A DNA stretch of 63,239 nt, counting the filler, from Nemertoderma westbladi (Eukaryota > Animalia > Xenacoelomorpha), in assembly GCA_032718475.1 (NCBI GenBank). It is 3 parts of 3 records of this genome, joined end to end, with 100 filler letters (N's around TTAATTAATTAA, not from the genome) between each part and the next. Parts side by side here need not be neighbours in the genome. Positions count along the whole stretch, not along the records: positions 55,999 to 63,239 come from JAUCBJ010001298.1; 2 more parts are not named here. One strand, given 5' to 3'. This document shows positions 59,465 to 63,239 of this stretch, one piece after another. The position numbers and the translations under genes are program-made. Positions within the stretch are counted from its first letter, which is position 1. Each line of letters starts with the position of its first letter. The notes beneath the pieces were generated by a model, which was given only the letters and a program-made list of their open reading frames with translations, was not told the DNA's origin and searched no databases.

Positions 59465-61682
59465 TTGGTGGTGGTTAGCGAGTCGGACAAAGAGTTGATT
59501 CCCGATAATGTCAGATTGTCGGAACCACTCTATAACGACCGGCCAGATAGTGAACCCGAGGACTACTGTTATCAGACCCGTGGGTCTGGTTCAGCGGCCC
59601 ACGCCACCTATTTGAGTAACGTTTTGACTTATACTGACATAGTGGAGGGTCAGGTGGTTAGATATCGAGACCTCGACATTTTCCAATACAGTGAGGAGGA
59701 GCTACAGAAGGAATTGATATGCCAGGACCTCGAGACAGGAGCTAGAACCGTCGAATGGCTGGATAGGGACGCAATGGAACCCGGTGGGTATGACCTAACC
59801 ATGTCCACTGATGAGAAATGGTCGCTGGAGATGATGGAAGACACCATACGTCTGCTACCCAAAGGACATTTTGAAGTTGGAATGTTGTGGCGTCGACAAC
59901 CTCTTAAGTTGGAGAACAACTACAACTTAGCCTTGAAAAGATTGAACGGAGTAAGGGCTCGGTTGCTGAAGAATCCAGACGTTAGGGAGAAGTATTGCGC
60001 CCAGATAAACAACTATTTCGCCAAGGGATTTGCTGGGAAGGTAGAGGACCCGGACTTAGTGACGGACCAGACTTATTACCTCCCACACCACTATGTGACT
60101 CACCCTGACAAACCAGACAAGGTCCGAGTAGTCAACGACTGCGCAGCAGTCTATAGAGGTATGTCCCTGAACTCAGAGTTGATGGATGGTCCCAACTTAA
60201 ATAACTACTTGATAGGGGTACTGTTACGCTTTAGACAGCGGCGATTCGCGTTTACTTGCGACATCGAGGCGATGTTTCACCAGGTAAGAGCCTGCAAGGC
60301 GGACCAGGATAGTCTCCGATTTCTCTGGTATCGAGAATGAAGACCTATCCGGCCTAGTAGTTACATACCAGATGTATGTCAGGATATTCGGTGCCCACGA
60401 TAGTCCCAATGGCACGCTGTTTGTCCTAAAGAAAACGGCAACAGCCCAGATTGGTAAGTATCCAGTAGACGTTATTGAGTCCATCTTGAGAAACTTCTAT
60501 ATGGACGACGGATTGGTGTCCAAGGACACAGCAGAACAAGCCATAGAAGTGGCTCACGGCCTACAGGAGTGCTTGGCTACAGGGGGTTTCCCTCTGACCA
60601 AGTTTACCACCAACTCGGAGGCCCTATTAGAGTTGTTCCCGGTGAAAGATCGCGGGAGCGGAGACATTGAATTGGGGGTAGAACCCATCCCCATGGCGCG
60701 AGTACTGGGGCTCGCTTGGAATCCGAACACGGATAAGTTCCAGGTGAGAGTCAGGTCTGAGCCCAGTAGCCCGGACAAGGTTTTGACTAAGAGAATCTGC
60801 TTATCCACGATGAGTAGACTATTTGACCCGATGAACTTTATCAGCCCGGTAATATTGCAGGCACGAGTATGTATGAGGAAAATTTGGTTGTCCGACCTAG
60901 AGTGGGACGAGCCAATATCCCCTATACATGCAAAGCAGTGGAGAGAGTGGGAAGCCGAGTTGCATCTATTGAAAAATATAGATGTACCCCGCTCCTACTT
61001 TCCAAATCAGCTGGTATTTCCAACTGATCTTGAGCTGCACTTATTTAGTGACGCAAGTGATACCGGCTTTGGTATGGTAGCCTACCTTCACCGAGAGGTA
61101 AGTCAGGACAAGTTTGAGACGGCCTTTGTGACTTCTAGATCAAAGACAATGCCGGTCAAATATATGACTGTCCCTCGTGCAGAGTTGCAGGCGGAAGTAG
61201 TCTCAGTCGAGGTAAGTAAGCAGATAATAGAGGAGTTAGACACGACATTGACCTTATTCTATTGGACGGACGCATCCTTAGTGTTAGTGTACATTGCAGC
61301 CGACAATATTGCACTAAAGACATTTGTGGCCAACAGACGCGCTCAGATCATCGACTTTTCGACGAAGGAACAATGGAGACATTGTCCGGGAGTGTTAAAC
61401 CTGGCCGACATAACTTCGAGAGGTGCTATGCCGGGGGAATTCTGTCAGGAGGAGTCCCAGGAGTTTTGGTTGCATGGACCTGATTTTCTAACGAGGACAC
61501 AGGAACATTGGCCAGAGCGACTGAAGATAGTGACCAATCCGATGCCCGAAGATGCAGAAGTCAAAGTGGAGAAAGTCTCCAAGTCTAAGTCGAAACCAAA
61601 CTCAAGTCATTGGAGCGGCCTGAATAGTCATTGGAGCGGCCTGAAGTGTCATTGGAGCGGCCCGGAGACCTGTCAGACCTAG
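59465..61682 (+). pseudogene. Second Bel/Pao pol fragment (RT-RNase H), frameshift at ~60335, no integrase
   Basis: YYLPHH, RVVNDCAA, DIEAMF, YMDD, HLFSDAS, ADITSRG. Confidence 0.9.
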
Positions 61683-62743
61683 AGACTTACGTGACTACTA
61701 GATCCGGAAGGGTAAGTTATGACATAAAACCACCCTTACAGACTACACAAGGGTCACAATTGGTAAGTGACGGACAGAAAATGACCGACAAGATGTAGCC
61801 TTTGGTTTCCAAACCTGCGGGTTTGGATTCGAAACTTCCATTAGCTAGCGGGCAACCGTCGCTGGCATTAGAGCCATGTAGTATTTATGACAAATTACTA
61901 AATTCATCTGCCTCTTGGCTGACAATTCACTGGCTATCGCGATATGCGTAAAGTACCATTGGATTCAGCGTGGTTCTGGGCTCTGTATAAAGTAATTTTC
62001 AGCGACATGCAGTGAATATCCTCGGTACTTTTAGTACTTTTGCGGTATTTATTGCAATTCGATTAGTGTGTCTTTGCTTCTGAGAGACGAACACAGTTAG
62101 TAAAAGGTAAACACATCTCATTATTGAATGTTTGAAACTCGGAACATAGTAATCTATATATTAATACCCCGCTGATTATAGATATATTGTATAGTATTGT
62201 TGAAGTTGTTGTGTGGTAGTTGTGGGTAATACTCGGAATATAATAACGTTCAATATGAATCAGCTGCTTAATAAGGGCCAATAAACTGACAATTTATATG
62301 ACTAATTTATATAAACAGACAATACTTTATGAAATAGAGGCTATGTGGTAGCTAATTCAATTTGGATGCGACAGTCGAAGAGAATATAATACCGTATTAT
62401 AAGGTCAATCATGGAGAGTATCTATCATATAGTCTAAATTAACTTTAAATCATTTCAACTGTAGCTTGACAATCCATACTAAATTTGTGAGCATCTACAT
62501 GATTTGAGATTAATTTGTTGCATTTAATTGTATTATTTAATAAATATTTGCAATTTGTGGCTGATATGCCGAAGAGAAAAAGCGGGAATAATTGGAGTGG
62601 AAATAGTCTCTCAAATGTAGTATTCTAGAGATTTTTAAGAGGCGGTTGTCTTTTCGACACCTTTTTTTCGAAATTACTATTATGACCCCTTATATTGTTC
62701 TTATGACCCCTTTTGTTCCGACATTCAGACAGTACTCTATCAA

Positions 62744-62823
62744 CATCCGGACTGTGATTCACACATCCAAACTGTGATTCACACATCCAAACTGTGATTC
62801 ACACATCCAAACTGTGATTCACA
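62744..62823. repeat. 20-bp minisatellite (ACTGTGATTCACACATCCAA) x~4
   Basis: Direct inspection. Confidence 0.9.
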
Positions 62824-63239
62824 TAGTAAACGAATAGAACACGTTCGTGGGGCCATCGCGCAGGATGAGGTTCAGTTATTAGACTACAATTGAGCAATTC
62901 TATCCCAAAATCGGTACTTTTAACCAAAACCAATAAGAATAAATCAAAGAAGAGAAGAAAGATCCCCCCCCCCCCCCCTCCCCTGGCTTCAACCACCCTC
63001 TCAATCTGCACCACCCCAACCCAAAGGAGCACAGAGGATTAATGAAATACTAATAAAGCAAGCTGACTTTACCTTACACTACTATGTCCTATTGATGTAA
63101 TTACCCGTTGCCAAGTAGTGCTGAGGTGGTTGGACTATGGCCAGCGCCAGCAGATATGATAGGCAATATCAAGCATGCCAATGAATGAGGGAGCTGGAAG
63201 TATAGAGATACGGTGGCATTATGATAACTTAATTACGTT

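Overview
Eukaryotic (animal-type) genomic scaffold with two assembly gaps, each carrying a TTAATTAATTAA linker. 1-19 kb: five conserved housekeeping genes among small DNA-transposon and retroposon remnants. RPUSD4, POMGNT1, ECI2 and COMMD4 have intron-free CDSs; OSTC keeps one 5' intron. 19-28 kb: repeats and MITEs. About 28.2-42.9 kb: a decaying endogenous Polinton/Maverick (adintovirus-like) element. It carries a protein-primed PolB, packaging ATPase, chromodomain integrase and two tandem penton-like genes. Its accessory cargo is unusual: an intact TBP-like gene, a multi-PC4-like protein, a membrane-anchored dUTPase-like gene, an acidic protein ending in DSGIS and a DEDD-like ORF. No major capsid or protease gene is visible. 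43-55 kb: a Bel/Pao LTR retrotransposon with a ~3.5 kb upstream leader holding a duplicated ~285-nt G-U-rich RNA hairpin, and an extra ~495-aa coiled-coil ORF in frame with gag. After the second gap: the 3' end of a tyrosine-recombinase retrotransposon, an RTE LINE and a second Bel/Pao fragment. All calls come from motif recognition by eye; no database search was run.
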